Assembly: GCA_965224085.1 (NCBI GenBank)
Contig: CBDCYI010000005.1
Location: 160,001 to 224,000, forward strand
Source of the DNA: Candidatus Marinacidobacterales bacterium
GTDB taxonomy: Bacteria; Acidobacteriota; Vicinamibacteria; Marinacidobacterales; SMYC01
DNA: 64,000 nucleotides
Direction: 5' to 3'
In this document: positions 9,673 to 19,089 of the stretch, piece by piece
How the letters are laid out: the number at the start of each line of letters is the position of its first letter
Position numbering within the stretch: the first letter of the stretch is position 1
Translations under genes and position numbers: made by a program
Notes under the pieces: generated by a model
The model's database searches: none
Told to the model about the DNA's origin: nothing
What the model saw: only the letters and a program-made list of their open reading frames with translations

Positions 9673-11090
9673 CAGCGAGCCACCTCGATGAGGTGGAGCT
9701 CGATGCCCGGAGCTCCCAGCTTTAGCCGGTCGCCCTTTTTGAGCACGGCCTGTTCGTGGATTCGTTTGTCGTTCAAGAACGTTCCGAACTTGCTGTGATC
9801 CTCCACGACCACTTGTCCGTCCACGCCGTAGATAATGCAGTGATCGCGCGAGATGCCGCTGGTCTCACCCGCGAGATTGATACCTCGCTTCCCGTCCGGA
9901 ATGGAGACGCCGAGAAAAAAGGGTTCGCTCTTGAGTGCGTAGGCCACGCCGTCGTGCAGAATGTGCGTCGGTGGATCACCCGCGCGCGCGTTCTCCGCGA
10001 TCGGCGCGCCGCTCGTAGCGACGCTCGCGTCAGCTTTAGCGCCGAGCGCTAAGGTCGTTAGAAAAGTGAGCGCGTCGTCTTTGGTGGATGGGGTGGATGG
10101 GGTGGATGGGGTGGATGGAGCGAGCCGTTCATAGAGAAGCGCGCCCGACGCGGCCGCGGTGGCCGGAAGCACGATGATGTTCTCAGAGACGTCGCGGGCG
10201 AGTTTTTCGACGAGGCCGGGTAGCGCGGCAAGCCGGTTCGCGATCAAGAGCATCGCGGGCTCGTCTGGAGGCATCGACATTGCCGCAAGCGACGTGATGG
10301 GCTTGTAATAGGGAAGCGCGGCATCGACGATTTGCTGTCTCGGAAGCTCGATGACACGCCCCTTTCCGGCCGATTCCATCTGGAGCGTTGCGACGTCTTC
10401 GTCGTAGAGCGCGTCGAGCCATCCCGGGAGCGCGTCGTAGAGCTTCTGCTCGCTCTCGGCCGAGTGGAGCGGGTCGAAGCGCGTCTGTCGAACGAAGGAT
10501 TGCGCGACGAGTGTGGCCCACGCGTCTTGGAGCGGAACGAGTCCGACATCCTCGTTGACGACGGTGTTCTCGCGGACGAGCTTCTCGTCGCGGAAGATGC
10601 TGGTTGCCGAAACGCGATGGAGGTGCAGATCGAGGTGGACAAGAGCGCGACCCTCGGTTACGCCCGCGGCGGCCGCGAGTGCTGCGTCCATCATGCACCC
10701 GACGGCGATCCCGATCGCTCGCGCCATCCCGAGGATCAAACCCAGCTGGTCCAAGGAGTACCAGCCGGGGACGGCTAGCACGGCACGATCCCTGTCGGAG
10801 CCTTCGGCTTCGTCCCACAGGTGGCTCAGATGCGCATGAGCTAGATCAGCTCGGCTCAGCTGGCTCGGAAATGGCCGCGAAAGGGGAGTCGTATCGAGAG
10901 CGTCCCAAAACCGTGTATGGGTAAAACGTGGCGTGAGGCGTAATCGCGACCGCGCTTTTCTGCCGGTGAAGATGGCATCGCCGTCGACGACGGCAATGCC
11001 CGGGCTCTCGGGCAGCGCCAGCACTTTCGGTGCGCTGTCACGCACGGCAACAATGCCGGCGTCGTTGAGCTCGAGTGCGAGAGCCGCCAT
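9672..11090 (-). CDS. Degenerate Hsp70/actin-like fold protein with C-terminal FHA domain
   Basis: AVLAVPGWYSLDQ and DAALAAA resemble DnaK VITVPAYF and EPTAAA; FHA ISRDHC...DHSKFGTFLN. Confidence 0.75.
   Translation of the reverse strand: MAALALELNDAGIVAVRDSAPKVLALPESPGIAVVDGDAIFTGRKARSRLRLTPRFTHTRFWDALDTTPLSRPFPSQLSRADLAHAHLSHLWDEAEGSDRDRAVLAVPGWYSLDQLGLILGMARAIGIAVGCMMDAALAAAAGVTEGRALVHLDLHLHRVSATSIFRDEKLVRENTVVNEDVGLVPLQDAWATLVAQSFVRQTRFDPLHSAESEQKLYDALPGWLDALYDEDVATLQMESAGKGRVIELPRQQIVDAALPYYKPITSLAAMSMPPDEPAMLLIANRLAALPGLVEKLARDVSENIIVLPATAAASGALLYERLAPSTPSTPSTPSTKDDALTFLTTLALGAKADASVATSGAPIAENARAGDPPTHILHDGVAYALKSEPFFLGVSIPDGKRGINLAGETSGISRDHCIIYGVDGQVVVEDHSKFGTFLNDKRIHEQAVLKKGDRLKLGAPGIELHLIEVAR
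10083..10118. repeat. 9-bp tandem repeat x4 (GGTGGATGG) encoding PST x4
   Basis: Four exact units read directly. Confidence 0.95.
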
Positions 11091-11098
11091 CCCGCCCT

Positions 11099-11896
11099 TC
11101 AGGGGACTTGCAGATGCTGGATGAGGTGGTCGTCGAGATACGTCTCGGTATCGAGCACCAGGCGCTCTTGATGCAGCTGTAGCTGATGCAGAAGGAACAT
11201 CAACACGATCGAGATGAGCAGCGCTATGAACGTCGAGTTGAACGCGACGCCAAGACTCTGCGTCACGCCGGCGATATCGCCTTCGACCGCTTTGTGCGCT
11301 TGTCCGAGAGCATCGCCGATCCCGCGCACCGTGCCGATGAACCCGATCGACGGGATAGCCCAGGCGATGTAGCGGACCATCGACAGCTCGGACTCGAGTC
11401 GCTCCGATTCGCTGGCACAGACTCCATGCGCCGTCGTCGACACGTCCTGGATGTTCCCTGTCGCGCGAAATCGGTGAAGCGCCGCGAGCAGCGAGCGCGG
11501 CAGCAAGAAACTTTGCTCGCCGGCCGGAAGCGATTGGATTTGCCGTGCATATTCTCGGGCGTCTTCCGGCAGGATCCGCGTCCCTTCACTGACGGGTACG
11601 AGATCCGTTTCCAAAAGGCGATTTTCTTTCACGGCGATGACGCCTTTATACGCCATGATGGCGATAGCCCAGATCATGAGCACGAAACAAGCTTCTTGCT
11701 CGAAATCACGAATGATGACCCAGACCGAGCGCTCTTGAGCATAGGCAGGGTCGATCTCCATCATGGCGCGCTGCTCGCCAAGAACGATCTCGGCCTTTGG
11801 CCGCACGACGAGCACGTAGACGGCATGCACTACGATGAAGGCGATGATGAGAGACAGCGCCTGATAGACGAACTCGACCGGGTAGGACTTCTTCAT
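11099..11896 (-). CDS. MotA/TolQ/ExbB proton channel family protein
   Basis: IPSIGFIGTVRGIG and GVAFNSTFIALL motifs; about 4 TMs. Confidence 0.92.
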   Translation of the reverse strand: MKKSYPVEFVYQALSLIIAFIVVHAVYVLVVRPKAEIVLGEQRAMMEIDPAYAQERSVWVIIRDFEQEACFVLMIWAIAIMAYKGVIAVKENRLLETDLVPVSEGTRILPEDAREYARQIQSLPAGEQSFLLPRSLLAALHRFRATGNIQDVSTTAHGVCASESERLESELSMVRYIAWAIPSIGFIGTVRGIGDALGQAHKAVEGDIAGVTQSLGVAFNSTFIALLISIVLMFLLHQLQLHQERLVLDTETYLDDHLIQHLQVP

Positions 11897-12088
11897 TTAG
11901 ATGTCCACGGGAAAGGAGACGGAGCTGCCTGCGGGAACTCTCTCCGATGGGATGAAATCTTCGTCCTTGGTTTTTTGGCGTTCTTGCACCGGCGGCGCGC
12001 CCGCCGGCTCGATGGTTGCCACAGCACTTCCCACGAAAGCGCCACTCAAGAAGAGCGCGATACTCAGAGAATAGATAATCCACTTCAT
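11897..12088 (-). CDS. Small secreted protein
   Basis: Signal peptide MKWIIYSLSIALFLSGAFVGSAVA; C-terminus DFIPSERVPAGSSVSFPVDI; abuts the MotA-like gene. Confidence 0.75.
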   Translation of the reverse strand: MKWIIYSLSIALFLSGAFVGSAVATIEPAGAPPVQERQKTKDEDFIPSERVPAGSSVSFPVDI

Positions 12089-12092
12089 GGCT

Positions 12093-14531
12093 TTACTCCA
12101 GATATCTCGCGATCCGAAACCCCACATCGGATCGCGCTTTGTTTCCATAATCGCGAAAGCTCAGACGAAGCTGGGTGACGGTTCCGTGTAAGAAGCTCCC
12201 TCCACGGATCACGTGGAACTCACCCTCGGCGGGACCCATCGGGTCCTGCAGAACGTTCCGGCGCCCGGATGCATAGATCGTATACAAGTCGTGAACCCAT
12301 TCCGCAACGTTGCCGCCGAGGTTGTACATGCTGAGAGGGTTGGCGTCGAAGCTTTTCGAGGGAGCGGTCCCGGGGAAGCCGTCGGTATAGCTCGGTACCG
12401 TGGTCAGAACGAGCCCCTTTGCGGTGGCATCCGCAAAGTTCCCCGCGCCCGCTGGAACCGGAAGTGAGTTGCCCCAGGAATATTTGAGCTTCTCGCCCTC
12501 GGGGTATCGAGCAACGAGAGCCCACTCCGCTTCGGTCGGGAGGCGGTAGCCCGTCGTGGGCGCGTTCGCGGGCCCGAGCTTACCGCCCACGTTGACATAG
12601 GCGGGCGGAAGGGATTCCTGCTCGCTCAGCCAATTGCAGTACGCGGCTGCGTCTTGCCACGTCACCTTCACCACCGGGTGGTGATCGATTTCGAGGTTGT
12701 GCCCTTGGACGGCGCCCGATCGGTGGCCGGCGCGAAACTCGCGAAACTCGCGATTCGTGACTTCCGTCGTGGCCACGTAGAACGCGCGCGTGAGCTCCAC
12801 CGTGCGAAGCGCTTCATTGGCACGACGGCCCGGCTCGCGGCGTGATGCTCCCATCTCGAACCGTTTGGGCTTTATGAGGCGAAGCTCTTGACCTTGGGAC
12901 GTCTGGATCACGGGCAAGATCGACGCGGCTTTGATCTCGGCTAGCGTCTTCAATTGGACTTCGATCGTCTGCGGGAAACCTGGCCGCGGTGTGACCTCGG
13001 TGGCGAAGCCCTCATAGAGATCTTTCTTGATCTCGATTCGATGCGGCGCTGCGGGGAGCTTCAAGGTCTGGTGCGCCGGGCCGTGCGCTTCACCATTCAC
13101 GAAGAGATTGGCGTCAGGCGGGTCCACGACGAGCTCGATCTCGCCGATCAGGGGCTCGAGCGTGACGGTGATGGTCTGGCTCCGCGAAGAACTTACCGAT
13201 ATTTCACGGTTGACGGACTCGTAGCCCGCGCGTGACAGCTCCAGCTGATGGTCCTTGTTGGGCGGGAGATCTAGCTCCAGAGGTGTTTGCCCGGCATATT
13301 CGCCATCGACGGTGACGTTCACAGCGCCCGGGACGCTGAGCACAACGAGATTGCCGTCGACGAGCTCGAGCGGCACCGGGCCGACCGTCTTCGCCGTTTT
13401 CGAAACGACGTGCACCCGGCCTCGATAAGGTTTATGGCCGTTGAGAATGACGTCGTAGTTGTGCGTGCCCTCGAGTAGATTGGCGTCGACGGGTGTCGGA
13501 CCGTAGGTTGTGCCGGCGACACGGATCATCGCACCTTTTGGCTCCGAGGTGAACGTGACGGAGCCCCAAGCGGGCTCGAGCGTGGCTTCGAGCTCGACGA
13601 TGGTGCCTTTTCCCTCCATCGTGACCGTCTCGACGAAGTCATGGTGCAGATCGGCTCGAATGACAACCGTGTACTCACCCCGCTCGAGCTCGAGCGGCTC
13701 GAGGGGCGTGACGCCGACTTCTTCGCCGTCGATCAAAACGACAGCTCCTTCCTCTGGTGACGTCGTCAGAACGAGCTGCCCCGACAATTGCTTCAAGAAA
13801 AAGGAGACTTCCTGATTTCGATCGGAACCGACGGTGAACGTCGTCTCTAAATGACGATAGCCTTCTTTCTCGGCAATCATCGTATACGCGCCGGGATGGG
13901 CGAAAAAGCGGTCGCCTATTTGGAGAGCGAAGGGCGGCCCTTCCACACGGTAGGTGTCGGGAGCCGGGTCGAACTCGAAGGCGACCGAACGCGCGCCAAA
14001 AAGCGCCCAGGCCACCGAGCCGAGAAGAAGGACGAGTACCCAGAAGACGATCGCCCCCGCCCGCACGCGAGGCCGTCGTCGACGCGCTTCGGCGATCGGC
14101 GTCGGCGTGAACGCGACCGGGCTAATGGTCTCTCCCGAGCTCTTCGGTGCGGTCGCGGTGGTGTCAGTGGTATTCGTGGGGCCGACGATGATGGGAGGAT
14201 CGGTCTTTTTGTCCTCGATGTTGTTGAGACAAAACTTGAAGTCGCCACCTTGCGCTTCGATCTCGATGCGGGCCCCGCCGATGGCGATGACATCGCGGTC
14301 GCGGAGCCATTGCGACGTCTTCACGGGAGTGCCGTTGACCCTGACGTTTCCGGATGCGGCTTGCACGAAGACCTCGTCGCTCGATAAACCGAGATGAGCG
14401 AGCGGCTCTTCAGTTTGAGGGCCAAAAACGGGGATATCGGCGTCGGGCCCGCCAACGGATAACGGGAAAGCGCTCGCCTCGACGCGACGCCGCGTGCCGT
14501 TCGCCTCACGTATAACGAAGCGCCAGCTCAA
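12093..14531 (-). CDS. FHA-like / TM / PEGA repeats / FGE-sulfatase (SUMF1) domain protein
   Basis: Repeated S.P.GA.V..DG...G.TP PEGA motifs; RLPTEAEW, GNVAEWV, RGGSF, VGFRIA FGE fold without catalytic Cys. Confidence 0.88.
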   Translation of the reverse strand: MSWRFVIREANGTRRRVEASAFPLSVGGPDADIPVFGPQTEEPLAHLGLSSDEVFVQAASGNVRVNGTPVKTSQWLRDRDVIAIGGARIEIEAQGGDFKFCLNNIEDKKTDPPIIVGPTNTTDTTATAPKSSGETISPVAFTPTPIAEARRRRPRVRAGAIVFWVLVLLLGSVAWALFGARSVAFEFDPAPDTYRVEGPPFALQIGDRFFAHPGAYTMIAEKEGYRHLETTFTVGSDRNQEVSFFLKQLSGQLVLTTSPEEGAVVLIDGEEVGVTPLEPLELERGEYTVVIRADLHHDFVETVTMEGKGTIVELEATLEPAWGSVTFTSEPKGAMIRVAGTTYGPTPVDANLLEGTHNYDVILNGHKPYRGRVHVVSKTAKTVGPVPLELVDGNLVVLSVPGAVNVTVDGEYAGQTPLELDLPPNKDHQLELSRAGYESVNREISVSSSRSQTITVTLEPLIGEIELVVDPPDANLFVNGEAHGPAHQTLKLPAAPHRIEIKKDLYEGFATEVTPRPGFPQTIEVQLKTLAEIKAASILPVIQTSQGQELRLIKPKRFEMGASRREPGRRANEALRTVELTRAFYVATTEVTNREFREFRAGHRSGAVQGHNLEIDHHPVVKVTWQDAAAYCNWLSEQESLPPAYVNVGGKLGPANAPTTGYRLPTEAEWALVARYPEGEKLKYSWGNSLPVPAGAGNFADATAKGLVLTTVPSYTDGFPGTAPSKSFDANPLSMYNLGGNVAEWVHDLYTIYASGRRNVLQDPMGPAEGEFHVIRGGSFLHGTVTQLRLSFRDYGNKARSDVGFRIARYLE

Positions 14532-16780
14532 ATCTCCTCCTCGCAGCGCACGAGTAGAGGCTCGGGTGGTGCCGTGGCTTCGACGACGAGCCGGAGCCTT
14601 ACGTCGCGGTAGCCCAGGCGTGTTCCGACCACCGTGTAGGTTCCGGGCCGCAAGATGAGGGAGTGACGGTCGAACTTTCCGAGCGTTCCGACTTTGTAGA
14701 CGACGACCTCGGTCTTTTTGTCGGAGAGCAGATAGACTTGTACGGGCGTCGAATATTCGCGCACGAGCGCATCGAGCCGCTCGATCTGGCCTGCGAGCCG
14801 GGGACCTTTGTCCGCGATTTCCATCGCCCGCTGAAGCGACGCGGAGGCTTCATCGAGCACTTTGGCCTCCGAGAGCCGTGCCGGGTTTTTTATGTGGAAC
14901 GAGAGCTCGGACGAGAGCTCGGCTCGGTCCTCGGCGCGTGCCTTGCCCGCCTGTGCGAAGCGGATGGTCGCATCCACGTCCAACACGGCTTGATAATGTT
15001 GGGCCGCGGAGCGCCACGCTTCGTGGGTCTCGAAGCCGCGTGCTTTCTCGCGATTCTCGGCGATCTTGGCGAGCCGTTCACCTTGTGCGACCGCCAGAAG
15101 CCCGCTCGTGACGTCTGGCGCGTCCGGTTTGATGGCGCGGGCGCGCTCGAAGGCCTCCCGCGAACGCGGGAAGTCTCGTGCGTTCAAGGCCGCCACCGCC
15201 TCGGACATCGCGGCGGTGAACACCTGCTCCGAAGAGTGCTGGTCGATGCGGGCCAAGCCTTGCTGGGCGGCCGTCGTGAGCGGGTCGAGCGACACGGCTT
15301 TGCGGTAGCGCTCGGCGGCGCCGTCCGAATCACCTCTAGCCTCGAGTTCCTCCGCGCGCGTTATGAGCGTGCGAACTTCGTCGAGGACGCGGCTGCGCTC
15401 GAGTCCCTTGCGGGCGGCGCTTCCGCCCGGTTGGACCTGGAGGGCGAGCGCGAACGCCTCGGCGGCTTCAGTGCTTCTTCCTGCCGCGAGCGCCTCGCGT
15501 CCACGGGCGAGCGCTTCTTTGGCGACTCCGCTAGCAAGACCTCGCACGGTGTTCCAGTGCGTGAGCGCCTCTTCATAGCTCGTCTCGGCGCGCGCGAACT
15601 CGCGGCGCCGCATTTGCTCGCCACCGGCCGTCATGGCCTCGACGCCGAGGCGATAATCTGCGCCACCCCAAATCTGCGCTTGTCTCGCCTCGAGCGAATC
15701 GCGTGCGCTCGTAGCGCGTTGTTGTGCTTGCTCCGCCAGCGCCTTGCCTTCGGCGAGGGTTTCTAGGTCGGTGGTCTCGACCGCTGGCACGGCTCGTGCG
15801 GCCGGCTCCGATTCTGTTAAGGGCGGGGCGGTGTCGACGGCAAAGCGCGGGAGCACGAAGAACACGACACCCGCAAGTGCTACGAGCACCGCGAAGGCGG
15901 TGAGCGTCTTGAAGCCCATCCCGCCGCCGGAATCTTCACGTCGCTTCACGCGAGCCGCTGGTGTAGGCGGTTTCGCCGCATCGAACGCGATCGCCTCGAT
16001 CTTCTTCGCCACAAGCGGAGGCGGCGTCAGTTTGACCGCGGGCGTTTCGGTGATCTCTCGCCGAATCTCTTCGAGGCTCGCCTGGATCGACCGCATGTCG
16101 GTTGGGCGGTGGCGCGGATCCCAGTTGGTCGTGGTACTCAAAAGTGCTTCGAGCTTGGAAGGGAGCTTTTCGCCGCTCGTCAAGTCGCGCACGAGCATGC
16201 CGAAGGCGTAGATATCGTCGGTGGGTGATGGCGTTTCGCCGGCGAGCTGCTGCGGGCTCGCTGTTCCTTCCGAGCCGCCGCCTCTGATCTCGAGCACGCC
16301 CGGTTTCCGATCGATAACGCCAGCAATCCCGAAATCGAGAAGCTTCGGTTCGCTCGAAGGGTCGATCAAGATGTTCGAGGCTTTGAGATCGCGGTGCACG
16401 ATCCCCTGAGCGTGCGCATAGGCGAGCGCATCGGCGACGGAGATGAGCGGCGCGAGAACCTCCTTCAGTGGACGCCCGCGCAAACAGCCGATGTTCCCGC
16501 CTTCGACATAAGCCATCGTGATGAAACTGGTACCGGAGCCGCGATGAAAATCGTAGACCGGCACGATGTTTTTGTGGACGAGCTTGCGTGCGTGGCGGCA
16601 CTCGCGTCGCAAAAGCGTGAGCGCATCTTCGGAGGCGCCTTTGGGGATGACTTTCGCCACCACGCGATCCTCGAGCTCACGATCGTCTGCTAGCCACACT
16701 TCGCCCATACCTCCTTTGCCGAGTGGACGGATGAGTTGAAAGCGCTCCCCGAGCAACTGACCGCGAGCCAGACTCGTCAT
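14528..16780 (-). CDS. Membrane Ser/Thr protein kinase with periplasmic TPR-like helices and PEGA-like tail
   Basis: GKGGMG, VAKV, HRDLKASN, DFG; TM then TPR-like repeats; likely start MTSLARG at 16780. Confidence 0.9.
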   Translation of the reverse strand: MTSLARGQLLGERFQLIRPLGKGGMGEVWLADDRELEDRVVAKVIPKGASEDALTLLRRECRHARKLVHKNIVPVYDFHRGSGTSFITMAYVEGGNIGCLRGRPLKEVLAPLISVADALAYAHAQGIVHRDLKASNILIDPSSEPKLLDFGIAGVIDRKPGVLEIRGGGSEGTASPQQLAGETPSPTDDIYAFGMLVRDLTSGEKLPSKLEALLSTTTNWDPRHRPTDMRSIQASLEEIRREITETPAVKLTPPPLVAKKIEAIAFDAAKPPTPAARVKRREDSGGGMGFKTLTAFAVLVALAGVVFFVLPRFAVDTAPPLTESEPAARAVPAVETTDLETLAEGKALAEQAQQRATSARDSLEARQAQIWGGADYRLGVEAMTAGGEQMRRREFARAETSYEEALTHWNTVRGLASGVAKEALARGREALAAGRSTEAAEAFALALQVQPGGSAARKGLERSRVLDEVRTLITRAEELEARGDSDGAAERYRKAVSLDPLTTAAQQGLARIDQHSSEQVFTAAMSEAVAALNARDFPRSREAFERARAIKPDAPDVTSGLLAVAQGERLAKIAENREKARGFETHEAWRSAAQHYQAVLDVDATIRFAQAGKARAEDRAELSSELSFHIKNPARLSEAKVLDEASASLQRAMEIADKGPRLAGQIERLDALVREYSTPVQVYLLSDKKTEVVVYKVGTLGKFDRHSLILRPGTYTVVGTRLGYRDVRLRLVVEATAPPEPLLVRCEEEI

Positions 16781-16799
16781 GGCACGGCCATTCGGACGC

Positions 16800-18041
16800 T
16801 TAGTTCTTGGATGGACCCCCAGACGCCGGAATGGGTGCGGCGTTCGGGTCCAAAGGCAGCCCCGTCTCGGCTGCAAACATTTGACGGAGAATCTCGCGCC
16901 ACGTGTCGTATTGGGTAGAAACGGAACCTGTGAGTCGCAGCACTTCGCCTTCGACGTCAATCAAGATGGGGGCGACTTCCGAGTCGAAGGACGCTGCGAG
17001 CTCGCGAAGCGCCTCCCGATGCATTTTCGCCTCTTCGGACTTTTGGAATCCATCGTTCAGGACCGCCATCCCGCCCAAGATCCCGACTTGTCCGACGCCC
17101 TGACCTGCACGTCCGCCGCGGGTTGCGGCGATAACGCCACCGATGATGGCGGCCCCGCCGAGGATTTTTTCCAAGCGGCCTTGTTTGGTGAGCTTCTCAT
17201 AGGCGAGCCGCTCTTCATAAGCGTAGCTGCGCCAGCTGTCATAAGCGGGATCGATTTGTGCGTGGAAGTCGGCGTAATACTCGTTCAACGTGTCGACGAA
17301 CATGAAGTCGCGCTCGCGGATATCGGCGAGGTGCGACATCATCGGATCCTCATAGGACGGGAGCTTTTCGATCTTGTACTTATTCTTCTTGACTTCGAGA
17401 TAGTGGCCAAAGGCGATGGGCGCGAGGTAGTTTGCGAAACGCAGCTCAGCTACCCGGCGCACTTCCTGTACGTCTTCTTCATCGAGCTTTTGGGCCACTT
17501 TCAGAAGATCGTTCGCGATTTCGTTGTAGAGGCTTTGAAACGGCTCGCGGTCGGTCTCGGTATCTTTGTAGACGATAGGATTGGCCTCGCCTTTGTACCT
17601 ACGGTCGAACCACTTTTTTCCGCGCGCGTCTACGACGATGAGATCGATTTCGAGGTCCTTCCCGTTGGACTTGTGGATAGTCCCACCGATCCGCAGATCG
17701 ACGACATGCGATGCGGGAACGATGCGCACGGCGCCCCAATAGCCGGACATCTCGAGCGTCTGTTTGAGGCGCATCGGAAAATAGCGCGCTTCCGACTTGC
17801 GGACGTCGGCATAGACACCTTTTTCTTCGAGCATGTAGCGCTCGTACTCGTCGTTGGGGAGACCCGGGTCGAAGAGCTGGATGCCGACATCGAGGAGCGA
17901 TTCTTCCGGCACTTCGGACTGCGCCAAGACGAGCTCGACGGGTTTGTCGTCGAGCGCCCACGACGGTGTCGCAAGCGCTAGGCCGAGGATGCCTAGGAGA
18001 AGGGTCGCTCCTGATCCGCGAGTCGGCGCTTTTCTAGTCAT
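16800..18041 (-). CDS. Conserved exported hypothetical protein
   Basis: Signal peptide ending PSWA; glycine-zipper-like ILGGAAIIGGVIAA...GVGQVGILGG; operonic spacing. Confidence 0.8.
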   Translation of the reverse strand: MTRKAPTRGSGATLLLGILGLALATPSWALDDKPVELVLAQSEVPEESLLDVGIQLFDPGLPNDEYERYMLEEKGVYADVRKSEARYFPMRLKQTLEMSGYWGAVRIVPASHVVDLRIGGTIHKSNGKDLEIDLIVVDARGKKWFDRRYKGEANPIVYKDTETDREPFQSLYNEIANDLLKVAQKLDEEDVQEVRRVAELRFANYLAPIAFGHYLEVKKNKYKIEKLPSYEDPMMSHLADIRERDFMFVDTLNEYYADFHAQIDPAYDSWRSYAYEERLAYEKLTKQGRLEKILGGAAIIGGVIAATRGGRAGQGVGQVGILGGMAVLNDGFQKSEEAKMHREALRELAASFDSEVAPILIDVEGEVLRLTGSVSTQYDTWREILRQMFAAETGLPLDPNAAPIPASGGPSKN

Positions 18042-18059
18042 GTCTGTCTCCCCACGCAA

Positions 18060-18848
18060 CTACTTCTTCGTCGCGCTCTTGTAAGCACGATACTCCTCCC
18101 AGAGCTTCTCTCGAAGCACGGGGTCGCTCTCACTCATTGCAGCTTCACGAAGCTGTTTGGCGACGATGTCGTCGTCGCGTCCGTCGCCTACGTCTTCGGG
18201 AACGGGTGGCGCTTGTGTATCGTCCCCGGCGGGCGCGCTCTCGACGCGGGCGCCGCTCTCATTCGTCGGCGGCTCTTCGGGCGCATCGGGCGATCCGCCC
18301 GTGCCACCCGCCATTTGTGCCGAGCGACGCGACTCCAACTCGTCTTCACTCGTACCTTCGCCAGCGTCTTCCCCGCCGCCACCACCGCCCGCGGCGGCTG
18401 CGGCTTCGCGCCGGCCTTCGAGGAGCTCTTGCTCCTTCAAGATCAAACCGTCGAACTCGCGCAAGGATTTGTCGAGCTCGCCGTCCAAACCGGCGCGCTG
18501 TTCATCCGACGTCCGCGCTCCTGGCGGTGAGCCGCCTGCCGTGACCGCCGTTGTACTCGCCGCCTCGCCTGCTTCTTCGCCGGCTGGGCCTTCTTCGCCG
18601 GCTTCGCTGTCACTCTCGTTGCTTTCGGAAGCGGCGCTGGCCTCCGTCGTGGGGGTACTCTCGCTGCCGCTGACCGGTGTCGGAGTGGGAGCTTCGGATG
18701 TTACAGAAGGCTCTGAAGGAGGTTTGGGCGGCTCGGGAACCGATGGCATCGAGGACTGACTTGCGGAACAACCGATCAAGGCGATCGAGGCAACCAAGAG
18801 TGGTATCAGCTTCCACGGCGCCAAGTTTCTTGCCAAGCGTTCCAGCAT
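18060..18848 (-). CDS. Low-complexity lipoprotein with helical C-terminal motif
   Basis: Lipobox LIGC; Pro/Ser/Glu-rich linker; DGRDDDIVAKQLREAAMSESDPVLREKLWEEYRAYK. Confidence 0.78.
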   Translation of the reverse strand: MLERLARNLAPWKLIPLLVASIALIGCSASQSSMPSVPEPPKPPSEPSVTSEAPTPTPVSGSESTPTTEASAASESNESDSEAGEEGPAGEEAGEAASTTAVTAGGSPPGARTSDEQRAGLDGELDKSLREFDGLILKEQELLEGRREAAAAAGGGGGGEDAGEGTSEDELESRRSAQMAGGTGGSPDAPEEPPTNESGARVESAPAGDDTQAPPVPEDVGDGRDDDIVAKQLREAAMSESDPVLREKLWEEYRAYKSATKK

Positions 18849-19089
18849 GGTCATCCGATGGGCGTTAGACATTGGGTCCAGTACCTCCACATGGTAACCC
18901 ATCTGCAAAGTCAGGGCCACAACACCTCTATGGCGCGTAAAGACGCGGAAATCCCCGGATGGCAAGGACTTCCGGTTCCGCCGATCCTGCTGTCAGAGAG
19001 TAAGTTACGCTCAGTCAAGCGACGCGGAGAGGACGAAAACGTCCACTCGAGATGACAGGGCCGCATGCTATTCTTCACAAGCTTCTACC

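Noticed and set aside
12093-14531. Formylglycine-generating enzyme maturing the sulfatases
   Set aside because: The FGE domain lacks catalytic cysteines and the sulfatase-fold proteins lack C/S-x-P-x-R
7565-18848. Type VI secretion or Zorya locus
   Set aside because: No Hcp/VgrG/TssBC/ClpV genes, no OmpA-type ZorB, and no ZorC/D/E; the analogy is at domain level only
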